Shown here: one piece after another, positions 46,371 through 61,474 of the stretch
How positions within the stretch are numbered: position 1 is the first letter of the stretch
Layout of the letters: each line of letters opens with the position of its first letter
Source of the DNA: Eledone cirrhosa
Lineage: Eukaryota
DNA length: 64,000 bases
Direction: 5' to 3'
NCBI GenBank assembly: GCA_964016885.1
Contig: OZ024754.1
Location: forward strand, 5,828,001-5,892,000
The notes under the pieces: model-generated
Seen by the model: only the letters and a program-made list of their open reading frames with translations
What the model was told of the DNA's origin: nothing
The model's database searches: none
Program-made: the position numbers and the translations under genes

Positions 46371-46632
46371 GGGTGTGTGTGTGTGTGCGTGTGTGTGTGT
46401 ATACACACACACATAGTCACTATTATACTTCACCAGTTATCACAATCACATTTCTTCTATTTCTAATTAACTAATGAACACCAATTAACTATCCGTCATT
46501 AAGAGATTTCATTATTGCAGCTTGTCGAGACTACAATAATATCTTGCACTAAATGACCAAACATGCGTCAGTGTCCATTTAACCAAACCTGTATATAATA
46601 TGGCTTGTATATCTTGTTTAAACTTATCCTTA

Positions 46633-47185
46633 TAATTGTTTCTACTTTTGGCACAAGGCCAGCAAATACCCAGTACATTACTGGTACTTTATTTTACCGA
46701 CCCCGTAAGGATGAAAGGCAAATTTAACCTCGACAGGATTTGAACTCAGACTGTAAAGTGATGTAAGTTTGCTGGAAAGTATGTCCGACCCTCTACCGAT
46801 ATTGCCAATTCACCGCCCTTAATAATTGGTTCTACTTTTGGCACAAGGCCAGCAATTATTCCAGTGCATTACTGGTACTTTATTTTATCGACCCCGTAAG
46901 GATGAAAGGCAAATTTAACCCCGGCGAGATTTGAACTCAATAATATTTATCATATATACAAGGCTAAACTTTGCCGGATGTGTACTGTTTATTATTGGGT
47001 GGATTGGCAGAATCAGTAAAGGGTCGGACGCCATGCTTTCCAGCATAGAGTCACGCCCCTATACGGTCTGAGTTCAAATCACACCGAGGTTAGCTTTGGC
47101 TTTCATCCTTACGGGGTCGATAAAATAAAGTACCAATAAAGCAATGGATAATAATTTCTGTCTTTGTGCTAAAAATAGAAACAAT
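46633..47185. mobile_element. Cluster of three SINE S1 copies: 46633-46819 (-), 46823-46940 (-, partial), 46997-47185 (+)
   Basis: S1 consensus in both orientations. Confidence 0.85.
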
Positions 47186-47772
47186 TATTTTATACTCTTC
47201 TAGTTTTTTACAACTCATTTTGAATGAATTTCAACGCCGACTCTTGGTGAATTTGGATCTAGTTTATAATATAACGATTTCAAGGTTTCAAAAATGCCAG
47301 GAGTACTGTATATAATAGTTATTATACGGTACACATGGATTGGTGAGTTATTAGTGTGTCGGACAAAAATGCCTCTTGGTATTTGTTCTGTAACTATTTA
47401 TACGCTCTATAAGTTTAAATCCTGCCAAAGTAAAGTCAGTTTTGCCCCTTTTATAATTCTGGGAAGTGTAAAATACACATAAACACGGGTACTGATATAT
47501 ATATATCAAGTAAGGATATTTTTGAAACAGCGAGTTGGTTTGAAATTATTAGAAATGTAAGCTATCGCTGTATTTCGACTAAAGAAATTAAAGAAATTAT
47601 TTAGCCTGATAGTGGGGTTAACAACCCTCGGAGAAATGGAAAAAGATGAGTATAGACGTATATTATTTATATATATATCTATATATATATATATAATATT
47701 TATATATAAAACACAAACCCATTCTAACACACAAAATGCGTAAACACACATACACAACTACACATACACTCT

Positions 47773-47805
<33 letters not shown>

Positions 47806-47951
47806 GTATATATATATATATATTAATTTATATATATGTATGTTTATAAATATTCACATATATATATTTATAAGTATACACATATATATATTTATACATA
47901 CATATGTATATAATTATACATATATATATATATTTATATTTATGTGTGTGC

Positions 47952-48170
<219 letters not shown>

Positions 48171-48217
48171 TCGAATTTGCTATCTAAATAATTAGAAACA
48201 ATTATTATAAAGAAAGA

Positions 48218-48389
48218 ACGGTGGATTGGCAGTATCGGTAGAGGGTCGGACGCCATGCTTCGACGTATTCAGATACTGCCCTTGCCATTCTGAGTTCAAA
48301 TCCCGCCGAGGTTAACTTTGCCTTTCATCCTTACGGGGTCGATAAAATAAAGTACCAGTAATGTACTTGTGCCAAAAATAGAAACAATT
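48218..48389 (+). mobile_element. SINE S1
   Basis: S1 consensus with an internal tail deletion; AGAAACAATTAT occurs on both sides. Confidence 0.82.
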
Positions 48390-48463
48390 ATTATTACTTT
48401 CAAAGTAAAGGGTGTCATGAATGATACAAAATCAAGTGTATGAATATATTTAAATCACTTTCT

Positions 48464-48494
<31 letters not shown>

Positions 48495-48537
48495 TTGTTT
48501 TGCAAGGTTTTTGATATGAAATCGTGTGTCGAAACAA

Positions 48538-48623
48538 ATATTGTTATACGTGGGGAGGGTCATATTGTTGTAATAATATTGCCAGAAATAATAACAATAT
48601 AACCCTCCCCAAGTATAACAATA
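48538..48623. mobile_element. TA-embedded family H11 (CATGACCCTCCCCAAGTATAACAATA), inverted pair
   Basis: Same motif at 15-60, 21015-21075 (-), 27890-27925 and 53350-53382. Confidence 0.65.
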
Positions 48624-48644
48624 TACATATATATATATAAATAC

Positions 48645-48830
48645 GTTAATCCGGGTTGAATCGGAGGTAACCATAGTAACAATACATAGCAGAGTATAAA
48701 AGTTTTAATATAGATTAGATTCTACAGGACTAGAACTGTTTCATTCTTTAGAAATCATCAGGAATCGAGATTCCTGATGATTTCTAAAGAATGAAACAGT
48801 TCTAGTCCTGTAGAATCTATATTAAAACTT
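48645..48830. mobile_element. H1 asymmetric fold-back with hammerhead at 48769-48817 (+) and its mirror
   Basis: GATTC-CTGATGA-tTTC-TAAA-GAAt-GAAACAG-TTCTAGTC-CTGTA-GAATC. Confidence 0.8.
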
Positions 48831-49398
48831 ATATAGATATAGATATATATATAATCTATTTGTTGATATTTTACTGCAGAAATAAAGTCAGGATGGTCAT
48901 AGCTGGAATATCTTTGGTAGTGGATATGCTCGAGAGCTGACAATGCGAAAAATAGTAACTACTTCTCTATAAACAAAATTATACAAAAAATAAATAAATA
49001 TAATTATACAAGAAAAGAGGAATTTATTTTAAACATCATAAATTAACATCAAGTTGTTTTTGAAGGTTCATTTTTTTTTCATTTTTTTTATTTACAAGTT
49101 ATATTCATATTTCTTTTTGGAATTTGTTAGTTTTGTTTTCCTGAGTTTCAGCGAATTTTCTGTATGTGTGGGTGGGGGAGGGAAGAAACTTCTGGAGCTC
49201 ATTAGTAATTAAAACACAAGTCTAATCAATCAACATATTTCTTGGTTAAAACACTCATTTAATTACTTAGGAATGAACCAATATAAAAATCTCTCTCTTT
49301 CTCTCTTTCTCTCTTTCTCTCTTTCTCTCTTTCTCTCTTTCTCTCTTTCTCTCTTTCTTTCTTTCAATCCCTCTGTATGTATATATATATATATATAT

Positions 49399-49494
<96 letters not shown>

Positions 49495-49687
49495 ATATAT
49501 ACATATATATATATATATGTGTATATATATATATAAATGTGCATATAAATATATACACATACATAAACACACATATATATACATATACATATATACATAT
49601 ATATGTGTGTGTGTTTGTGTATTTATGCACTATATATTTGTGTGTTTATATATGTTTATATATGTATATATCTATATGTATATGTGA

Positions 49688-49761
<74 letters not shown>

Positions 49762-50138
49762 ATGTATGTATGTATGTTTGTACGTACGTACGTATGTATG
49801 TATATATATGTATGTAATTATATATGTATATATATGTGTGTATCTATGTATGTATGTCTATATGTATGTATATATGTACTTAAATATTGAATGTGTTTTT
49901 CTTGTAAACAGGTAAATACAACAGTCAGGCATTAACTGGATAAGCTAATTGGAATAGATAGAAAAGTGGTAAATAATTGAAATTGAAGGAAGTTCTCTCC
50001 CTTGCCTGACTTTGAAAGTAGTTTTCATTAATGTTAATAATTTTTCTCATCATTAGTGCACGCATATATACATTCGGGCATCCATATCCATACCTATACG
50101 TATATATATATATGTGTGTGTGTATATATATATATATA

Positions 50139-50595
50139 CAATATTAAATAAATGGAAACTATATTTATAAAACCATATTTATTTCATTATATATATTTCA
50201 GGGATATCATATTAACAATATGCTATGCCTTCCTCAGACAAAATACAATATAAACAGTTTTATAGATAAATAGATTTGACATACCGTAACAACATCGACT
50301 TGTATTTGAAAAGTTGAATTGGCAGTTCAACTTTTCAAATACAAGTCGATGTTGTTACGGTATGTCAAATCTATTTATCTATAAAACTGTTTATATTGTA
50401 TTTTGTCTGAGGAAGGCATAGCATATTGTTAATATGATATCCCTGAAATATATATAATGAAATAAATATGGTTTTATAAATATAGTTTCCATTTATTTAA
50501 TATTGTAAATATACTCCAAATACTTGTCGAGTGCTTTTATATCAGTTATAAATATTTACTAGTTGTAACCCAACAATTTAAATATAACTTTCCAT
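50139..50595. mobile_element. H3b fold-back element (hammerhead at 50399-50464, + strand, and its mirror)
   Basis: About 180-bp essentially perfect inverted arms around about 50322; one-sided tail; near-identical to 22697-23176 in opposite orientation. Confidence 0.82.
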
Positions 50596-51771
50596 ATATA
50601 TATATATATATATATATATAAGCATATACATATATATATATATCCAGGGAGTGTAACTTGGAGTTACTGTAGGTTCAACCGGGTGAGCACTCGATGTTTA
50701 GGTTCACGTCAGTGGCGAGGTGTAGAGCTAGACAGAGTGTATTATAGTGAAAAGATAACAAGGACGATTGGTTACTCCTTCATATGTACATATATACAAA
50801 CATATATATGTATATTTGTGAATTCATTTATTTGTTAATGTCTTTCGCTACAACTTTGTAACCTTTACAACTAATCCTTCCAATATTCATTACAAATAAC
50901 TAGCAGAAAAATCACTCTACGGGTGGTTTTCTGTTAGCATGTGTAGTGTGTATATTGATAGTATACACAAATATATATGCATGTAAATATGATACATCAA
51001 ATAAAATCGTAATTGACAATATACACAGGAATTAAACAAAGCCTACGTTACACTGTCTTCTGTAATCAGTAACGTAATCCATGATACATTAAAAAAAGAC
51101 GATATTTTATATAAACTGCATTAGGAGACAATTAGCGACGGAAATATTTGCGATTATAAGTGTTATAATATAACGGCCACTAACCGGAAGTGTTTGATAA
51201 TTTTAAAGAAGTGAATTTTAAAGATTAAGCTATAAAATATATCTAATCAACGGCCACGAAATTTAGCACATAAATTATGTAATATTCATTCATTATTTAT
51301 TCAAAGTAATCCAACTTATTTTACAAACGGGGTAAAAAAATATAATCTGGACGCAATCCCGCAGACCTTCTTTTATTATAGTTAAGATATGTAAACTTTC
51401 CTCTACTCTAATAGTTAATTAGTGTCATGTATATGGTGAAACCAAATCTCTATTTGACATCACACTAGTTGTCGGAAACTACCCTCATTTATATTTTACT
51501 GGCTAAAGCTTAAATATAAAAGTTGTTTTTTCTTATGTTGGTGCTGTAATTCCGACCCGCGCTGAACTTCATTGTATCTATCAAGAAACAAAATATTACA
51601 ACCAAGGAAATGGCAGTTTTTCGAATGTGACGTATCTAAGAAAAGAAAATCCCATTTCCAGAACGTCATTCTATTTGTTAAAAAGAAGAATATTTAAGTA
51701 ATATTTTATTGCTATTTCTAGCCGGTGGAGGCTCAGTCGGTGTCTGTATATTTGTTATTATGTACATGATA

Positions 51772-51959
51772 GGGCGGTGGATTGGCAGTATCGGTAGAGG
51801 GTCGGACGCCATGCTTTCCAGCATAGTTACGTTCCTTTACGATCTGAGTTCAAATCCCGCCGAGGTTGACTTTGCCTTTCATCCTTAGGGGGTCGATAAA
51901 ATAAAGTACCAGTAATGTACTGGATAATTGCTGGCCTTGTGCCTAAAGTAGAAACAATT
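51772..51959 (+). mobile_element. Young SINE S1 with 16-bp TSD
   Basis: ATTATGTACATGATAG at 51757-51772 and 51957-51972. Confidence 0.9.
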
Positions 51960-51988
51960 ATGTACATGATAGAAAAAGCGAGGTTACA

Positions 51989-52048
<60 letters not shown>

Positions 52049-52183
52049 CGTGTAACCTCGTTTTTTCTATATATATATGTATATTTGCTCTACGGTTCTC
52101 ATATATTTGATATATATTTATCCTTATCGAGCCCTCTTTGGATTTTAGTCTTCAAATTTATTATTATTACTATATATATAATA

Positions 52184-52372
52184 AGGGCGGTAGATTGGCA
52201 GTATCGGTAGAGGGTCGGACGCCATGCTTTCCAGCATAGTTACGTCCCTTTACGATCTGAGTTCAAATCCCGCCGAGGTTGACTTTGCCTTTCATCCTTA
52301 CGGGGTCGATAAAATAAAGTACCAGTAATGCACTGGGTAATTGCTGGCCTTGTGCCTAAAGTAGAAACAATT
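52184..52372 (+). mobile_element. SINE S1, near-identical to the 51772 copy
   Basis: Shares the diagnostic GCATAG-TTAC 2-bp deletion with the 51772 copy. Confidence 0.88.
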
Positions 52373-52402
52373 ACTATACATATATATATATATATATATA
52401 TA

Positions 52403-52600
52403 TGACTAAAGGAATGTTAGACTGATAATGGGGTTTAGAACCCTCAGATAAATGGAAAAAGCTGAGTATTGACGTCAATACTCATGTACGTCAATACTCA
52501 TCTTTTTCCATTTATCTGAGGGTTCTAAACCCCATTATCAGTCTAAAATTCCTTTAGTCAAAAATACGGTGAAAGCCATATATTTTCTAATTTTAAACCT
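52403..52600. mobile_element. Fold-back element family H8
   Basis: About 70-bp inverted arms (52403-52472 / 52487-52560); homologues at 34375-34500 and 47550-47660. Confidence 0.72.
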
Positions 52601-52894
52601 CCTCATTGTTTCAAAACATACTTACTTGATATATATATATATTTTTATATATAATATTAACGTTTGCTTGAAGCATTATGGAATATATAAAAATATAGTC
52701 GTTTTGCAAGCGTCAACAATGCAAATGGGGAAATCTCCGGGCAACAGAATCAGGTGGAAATAAGAGAGAGGTGTAATGTTTATATATATATGTATATATA
52801 TATATATTATATTATTTTATTTTATTTTATATTATATTGTATTAGGTATGAATTGTTGTAGGTGCCATATAGCAGGTACTACATCCGTTTAAAA

Positions 52895-52947
<53 letters not shown>

Positions 52948-53111
52948 CATGGATACATTTTATTACATTATGATATACATACATACACACATACATATAT
53001 ATCTACATATGTGCATATATATATAAATGTTTGTGTATATATATATATCTATTCAAACAATAAACAGCGTGGTCATATCTGACCATATATGTATAGAATA
53101 TATACACACAC

Positions 53112-53145
<34 letters not shown>

Positions 53146-53375
53146 AAATATAGGAGAGGCACAAAACAAAGAAAAGAATCCCCATTCACTGAAGAGGTCA
53201 CAGAATGTGTGACGAAAGAACTTTGACAATATATGAACAACCGTCCGGTTGTGGAACCAACCAACCAACCGGAAATTTATAAATTTTTAAATTTATAATT
53301 TAATTTATCATAAATCGGAGTGAAAGCAACTGGTGCGTGTCTTTCTTATTTGGCAACATGACCCTCCAAAAACAT

Positions 53376-53414
<39 letters not shown>

Positions 53415-53423
53415 TCTATATAT

Positions 53424-53518
<95 letters not shown>

Positions 53519-53696
53519 TGTAAAAGGTAAATAGAAATAACAACACAATCGGTACAGTATATGGAAGGAATATATTAGGTTAACGCTTGGAATAGCGCGC
53601 CCCCATGTGTGTGTGTGTGTTTACACGCTACTAATTGACACTAGTACGACCATTATTTAACTTAGTTCTCCATACATTTAAGAATGTAGCGTGCAT

Positions 53697-53880
53697 GGGA
53701 TTGGCAGTATCGGTAGAGCGTCGGACACCATGCTTTGAAGCATAGAGTTACGTCCCTTTATGATCTGAGTTCAAACCCCGCCGAGGTTAACTTTGCCTTT
53801 CATCCTTACGGGGTCGATAAAATAAAGTACCAGTAATGCACTGGGTAATTGCTGGCCTTGTGCCAAAAGTAGAAACAATT
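53697..53880 (+). mobile_element. SINE S1
   Basis: S1 consensus. Confidence 0.87.
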
Positions 53881-54002
53881 ATTGTATATACGTATTCATG
53901 TATGTATATAAATACACATATATATATATTTATATATTATATAGGTATATATATATATATATATATGTGTGTATGTATGTATATATATATATTACACTCC
54001 CT

Positions 54003-54044
<42 letters not shown>

Positions 54045-54242
54045 TATTTATATATATTTATATGTATATATATATATATATATGTGTATGTGTATGTGTG
54101 CGTGCGTGTGTATGTGTGTGTGAAGTGTTTCCGAAGAAAATGCAAAGGAAAAAGAGTGCTCTATGTGTAAAACAGAGCTATTTAATTAGAAAGTGAACAA
54201 CATAATATATTACTCCATTACCAAAGGTTATATATATGTATG

Positions 54243-54458
54243 TAAAAGGTAAACAGAAATAACAACACAATCGGTACAGTATATGGAGGGTATATATTAG
54301 GTTAACGCTTGATATAGCAGGAAAAGGGTCTTAACGTTTCGGACGTTAGTCCTTCATCAGAAGAACGGATGATAAATAAGATAGATTAAGGGGACGGGCG
54401 GGTTGGAATTGGAAAAAATGTCTTTAGATAAAAATAACAGGTCCATTCATGTTGACAT
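54243..54458 (-). mobile_element. H5 element with intact minimal hammerhead at 54329-54364
   Basis: TCTT-CTGATGA-A-GGAC-TAAC-GTCC-GAAACGTT-AAGA; stem III reduced to the palindrome AACGTT. Confidence 0.75.
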
Positions 54459-54994
54459 CTCTTAATCATACATACATACATGCTGACATACATACAGGCA
54501 TAAGATCTACACGCCCCATTCTTTAGTGTATGCAGTAATATATTATATAATGGTCTTAATGGTGTCAAGTAGTAGCGTGTATGCATGTGTGAAATATAGT
54601 GTGTTATATGTTTATTGCTCTATTACTAGTTGACAGTTACCGATATTTCACAGAACTGTGGCATCGAGTTGTCACATCAAACTCTAATGGAAGACATTGC
54701 ATCGCCTTTTAAATAAATGACATTTTCTAGACACCATACTAAAGGTTTTACTCTTACAAAACATTTGTACGGTCTTACGTCAGTAGGCATTTTATTGTAT
54801 TACGTCACAATGGTGTGTGGCTGCGAAAGCACTCCTCGGTTTCATATACTAGTTTAACGACTCCTTTTTACCATAAATGTGGTTTTGTCTTTGCAAGAAA
54901 TTGTTCTGGCTCCACATAACGACGTAATTTTTTTTTTTTTTTTTTTTTTTTTTTGAGACTCTTGTCATGTTGTTTATTTACAATAGTTTATAAC

Positions 54995-55640
54995 TTTGCC
55001 TATTAATCCGTATTGTGAGCAAATGGGGTCCCGCGTGCTGGCCTCCCCACAACTCCGGCATAAACTAACAAAGTTTGTCTATTAATCCGTATGGTGAGCA
55101 AATGGGGTCCCAGGTGCTGGCCTCCCCACAGCTCCGGCAAAAACTAACTAACTTTGCCTATTAATCCGTATGGTGAGCAAATGGGGTCCCAGGTGCTGGC
55201 CTCCCCACAGCCCCGGCATAAACTAACAAAGTTTGACTATTAATCCGTATGGTGAGCAAATGGGGTCCCGCGTGCTGGCCTCCCCACAACTCCGGCATAA
55301 ACTAACAAAGTTTGTCTATTAATCCGTATGGTGAGCAAATGGAGTCCCAGGTGCTGGCCTCCCCACAGCTCCGGCAAAAACTAACTAACTTTGCCTATTA
55401 ATCCGTATGGTGAGCAAATGGGGTCCCAGGTGCTGGCCTCCCCACAGCCCCGGCATAAACTAACAAAGTTTGACTATTAATCCGTATGGTGAGCAAATGG
55501 GGTCCCGCGTGCTGGCCTCCCCACAGCTCCGGCATAAACTAACAAAGTTTGCCTATTAATCCGTATGGTGAGCAAATGGGGTCCCGCGTGCTGGCCTCCC
55601 CACAGCTCCGGCATAAACTAACAAAGTTTGCCTATTAATC
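54995..55640. repeat. 79-bp GC-rich minisatellite, 8 copies, with 3-unit higher-order structure
   Basis: Unit CTATTAATCCGTATGGTGAGCAAATGGGGTCCC..GTGCTGGCCTCCCCACAGCTCCGGCATAAACTAACAAAGTTTG; variants recur as ABC-ABC. Confidence 0.92.
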
Positions 55641-55795
55641 AGTGGGTACCGAGAGGAATTTGGCATCTATCGACCTTATCTTACCCTCAGTGGGTACCGA
55701 GAGGAATTTGGCATCTAACGACCTTGTCTTACCCTCAGTGGGTACCGAGAGGAATTTGGCATCTAACGACCTTGTCTTACCGCCAGAGGGTACCG
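55640..55795. repeat. 48-bp tandem repeat, about 3.2 copies
   Basis: CAGTGGGTACCGAGAGGAATTTGGCATCTAACGACCTTGTCTTACCCT. Confidence 0.92.
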
Positions 55796-55929
55796 GGGGC
55801 AATTAATGTCTGGAGTACTTTGGGCCCACACTGTAGGGGAATATATTTTCTGTCCATTGTCCATTCAGCCAGTAAACCAAGTAACACTGTAAACCATTCC
55901 AATAATACAGCAACTTTTGCGTTAGATAT

Positions 55930-58900
55930 CACACTACACCACAATACCACACTACACCACACCACAGTACCACACTACACCACACCACAGTACCACACTA
56001 CACCACACCACACCACAGTACCACACTACACCACAGTACCACACCACACCACACCACAGTACCACACTACACCACACCACACCACAGTACCACACTACAC
56101 CACAGTACCACACTACACTACACCACACCACAGTACCACACTACACCACACTACACCACACCACACCACAGTACCACACTACACCACATTACACTACACT
56201 ACACCACAGTACCACACTACACCACACCAAACCACACCACAGTACCACACTACACCACACCACAGTACCACACTACACCACACCACAGTACCACACTACA
56301 CCACACCACAGTACCACACTACACCACACCACAGTACCACACTACACAACACCACAGTACCACACCACACCACACCACAGTACCACACCACAGTACGGCA
56401 CACCACAGTACCACACCACACCACACCACAGTACCACACCACAGTACCACACCACAGTACACCACAGTACCACACTACACCACACCACACCACACTACAC
56501 CACACCACACTACACCACACTACACCACACCACACCACACCACACTAAACCACACCACACTACAACACACCAAACTACATCACACCACACCACACCATCC
56601 TACACCACACCACACTACACCACACCACACCACACTACACCACCACACTACACCACACCACACTACACCACACTACACCACACCACACCACACCACACCA
56701 CACCACACCACACCACACTACAACACACCAAACTACATCACACCACACCACACCATCCTACACCACACCACACTACACCACACCACACCACACTACACCA
56801 CCACACTACACCACACCACACTACACCACACCACACCACACTACACCACACCACACCACACTACACCACACCACACTACACCACACCACACTACAACACA
56901 CCAAACTACACCACACCACACTACACCATACCACACTACACCACACTACACCACACTACACCACACCACACTACACCACACCACACCACACTACACCACA
57001 CCACACCACACTACACCACACCACACTACACCACACTACACCACACCACACCACACCACACTAAACCACACCACACCACACCACACTACAACACACCAAA
57101 CTACATCACACCACACTACACCACCCTACACCACACCACACTACACCACACCACACCACACTACACCACACCACCCTACACCACACCACACTACACCACA
57201 CCACAAAACCACACGACACCACACTACACCACACCACACTACACCACACCACACTCCACCACACTACACCACACTACACCACACTACACCTCACTACACT
57301 ACACCACACCACACTACACCACACCACACCACACTACACCACACCACACTACACCACACCACACTACACCACACTACACCACACCACACCACACTACACC
57401 ACACTACACCACACTACACCACACCACACCACACTGCACCACACCACACTACACCACACTACACCACACTACACCACACCACACCACACTACACCACACC
57501 ACACCACACTACACCACACTACACTACACCACACTACACCACACTACACCACACTACACCACACCACACTACACCACACTACACTACACCACACTACACC
57601 ACACCACACTACACTACACCACACTACACCACACTACACCACACTACATCACACTACACCACACTACACTACACCACACCACACTACACCACACTACACC
57701 ACACCACATCACACCACACTACACTACACCACACCACGCTACACCACACCACACCAAACCACACCACACCACAGTACCACACCAAACCACACTACACCAC
57801 AAAACCACACGACACCACACTACACTACACCACACCACACCACACTACACCACACCACACCACACTACACCACACCACACCACACTACACCACACCACAC
57901 TACACCACACTACACCACACCACACTAAACCACACCACACCACACTACAACACACCAAACTACATCACACCACACTACACCACCCTACACCACACCACAC
58001 TACACCACACCACACCACACTACACCACACCACCCTACACCACACCACACTACACCACACCACAAAACCACACGACACCACACTACACCACACCACACTA
58101 CACCACACCACACTCCACCACACTACACCACACTACACCACACTACACCTCACTACACTACACCACACCACACTACACCACACCACACCACACTACACCA
58201 CACCACACTACACCACACCACACTACACCACACTACACCACACCACACCACACTACACCACACTACACCACACTACACCACACCACACCACACTGCACCA
58301 CACCACACTACACCACACCACACTACACCACACTACACCACACCACACCACACTACACCACACCACACCACACTACACCACACTACACTACACCACACTA
58401 CACCACACTACACCACACTACACCACACCACACCACACTACACCACACTACACTACACCACACTACACCACACCACACTACACTACACCACACTACACCA
58501 CACTACACCACACTACATCACACTACACCACACTACACTACACCACACCACACTACACCACACTACACCACACCACATCACACCACACTACACTACACCA
58601 CACCACGCTACACCACACCACACCAAACCACACCACACCACAGTACCACACCAAACCACACTACACCACAAAACCACACGACACCACACTACACTACACC
58701 ACACCACACCACACTACACCACACCACACCACACTACACCACACCACACCACACCACACTACACCACACCGCACCACACCACACTACACCACACTACACC
58801 ACACCACACTACACCACACCAAACTACACCACACCACACTACACCACACTACACCACACAACACCACACCACACCACACCACACCACACTACACCACACT

Positions 58901-59312
58901 ACACCACACCACACTGCACCACACCACACCACACCACACTACACCACACTCCACCACACTACACCACACTACACCACACTACACCACACTACACCACACT
59001 ACACCACACCACACCACACCACACCACACCACACCACACCACACTACACCACACCACACTACACCACACCACACCACACTACACCACACCACACCAGACT
59101 ACACCACACTACACCACACTACACCACACCACACTACACCACACCACACCACACCACACCACACCACACTACACCACACTACACCACACTACACCACACC
59201 ACACTACACCACACCACACCACACTACACCACACCACACTACACCACACTACACCACACTACACCACACCACACTACACCACACCACACCACACCACACC
59301 ACACCACACCAC
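55930..59312. repeat. (CACAC/CACTA)n pentanucleotide satellite with internal block duplications
   Basis: Directly visible; rare variants such as CACAAAACCACACGAC recur in the same order about 865 bp apart. Confidence 0.95.
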
Positions 59313-59424
59313 ATTAACGGGGATATAGAAAGAAGACAACTAAACCTCATCACACATCATTACACCTGAAGCTTGTATCTCATCAATACAGGTCAACCAC
59401 ACACCATCTTCACACCTGAATAGC

Positions 59425-60645
59425 ACTTCCACCACCACCACCACTCCACCACCTCCCACAATCACCACCACTTCCACCACTTCTACCATCACCACTACCA
59501 CCACCATCACCACCACTTCCACCACTTCTACCATCACTACTACCACCACCACCAACACCACCATCACCACAATCATCACCATTTCCACCATCACCACTAC
59601 CACCACCACCATCACCACCACCTCCACCACAACCACCATCACCACCACCATCACCACCACTTCCACCACTTCTACCATCACCACTACCACCACCACCACC
59701 ATCACCACCACTTCCACCACTTCTACCATCACCACCACTTCCACCACCACCACCTCCATCACCAACACTTCCACCATCACCACCACCTCCATCACCAACA
59801 CTTCCACCATCACCACCACCAACGATACCACAACAACTACAACCCCCACCACTACAACACCACCACAATCACCACACCAACCACAACCCCCCACAACAAC
59901 AACACCACCACAACCACCACCACTACCACCAAAAGACCCCGCCACCAACACCACCAGCACCAATCCAACCACCACCAACACCACCACCTCCATCACCAAC
60001 ACCACCATCGCCAAGACCTCCACCACCAACACCAACACCACCACCAACAACAACAACAACAACACCACAAGACCCACCACCAACACCACCAACCCGACCA
60101 CCACCAACACCACCAACACCACACCAACAACCACAAGACCACACTACCACCACCACCAACACCACAAGACCCACCACCAACACCACCAACCTGACCACCA
60201 CCAACACCACACCAACAACCACAAGACCACACCACCACCACCAACAACAACAACGACACCAGAAGAACCACCACCAACACCTACACCACCACCAACACTT
60301 ACACCACCACTACCACCACCACCAACAACACCAGAAGAACAACCACCAACACCTACACCACCAACCACAAGACCACACCACCACCACTAACAACAACAAC
60401 AACAACACCAGAAGAACCACCACCAACACCTACACCACCAACCACAAGACCACACCACCACCACCACCACCACCACCAACACCAGAAGAACAACCACCAA
60501 CACCTACACCACCAACCACAAGACCACACCACCACCAACAACAACAACACCAGAACAACCACCACCAACACCTACACCACCAACCACAAAACCACACCAC
60601 CACCACCACCACCACCACCACCACCACCAACACCACCGCCATCAC
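59425..60645. repeat. (CAC/CAA/CAT)n trinucleotide-based satellite
   Basis: Directly visible. Confidence 0.9.
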
Positions 60646-60922
60646 GACTACATATATCAAGTAAACCCAATACTACACAGTATTAGAAGCAAATGGACAG
60701 TAAACACATACAGCGTGGCAACATTAAGATCATATCTAACATATATAACCTAGAATACAAAGTAGAGATTTTAATGCAACACTGACTATTTTACGTTCCT
60801 TTATTTCTGTCAATCGTTCCTGTTTAGAAATGACTCCCAGTTTAATCATGGCTTAATCTACGAATTAACAACTTTTTATCACACAAAGCTTCGTTTACGT
60901 TTGCGAGAGAACAGGAAATATA

Positions 60923-60956
<34 letters not shown>

Positions 60957-60985
60957 CTGTATATATATATATATATATGTATATA

Positions 60986-61022
<37 letters not shown>

Positions 61023-61098
61023 GTATATATATATTATATATATATGTATATATATATTTATATATATATATATATATTTATTTATATATATATATATA

Positions 61099-61474
<376 letters not shown>

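Noticed and set aside
49895-49977. Possible coding exon (polypyrimidine-ACAG ... GTAAAT)
   Set aside because: Stops in all three frames; a non-coding exon cannot be supported without transcript data
52419-52452. Hammerhead in H8 (CTGATAA..GGGG/CCCT)
   Set aside because: Core G8 is missing and there is no correctly placed GAAA or stem III; not called as a ribozyme
54995-55795. CRISPR-like regular repeats
   Set aside because: Units are contiguous with no unique spacers, there are no cas genes, and the context is eukaryotic
55628-56548. 306-aa His/Thr-rich ORF with 16-aa repeats
   Set aside because: Spans a 48-bp tandem repeat and a CACAC/CACTA satellite; starts at TTG; no sign of coding constraint
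59340-60660. Gly-rich and Val-rich ORFs
   Set aside because: Translation of the (CAC/CAA)n satellite
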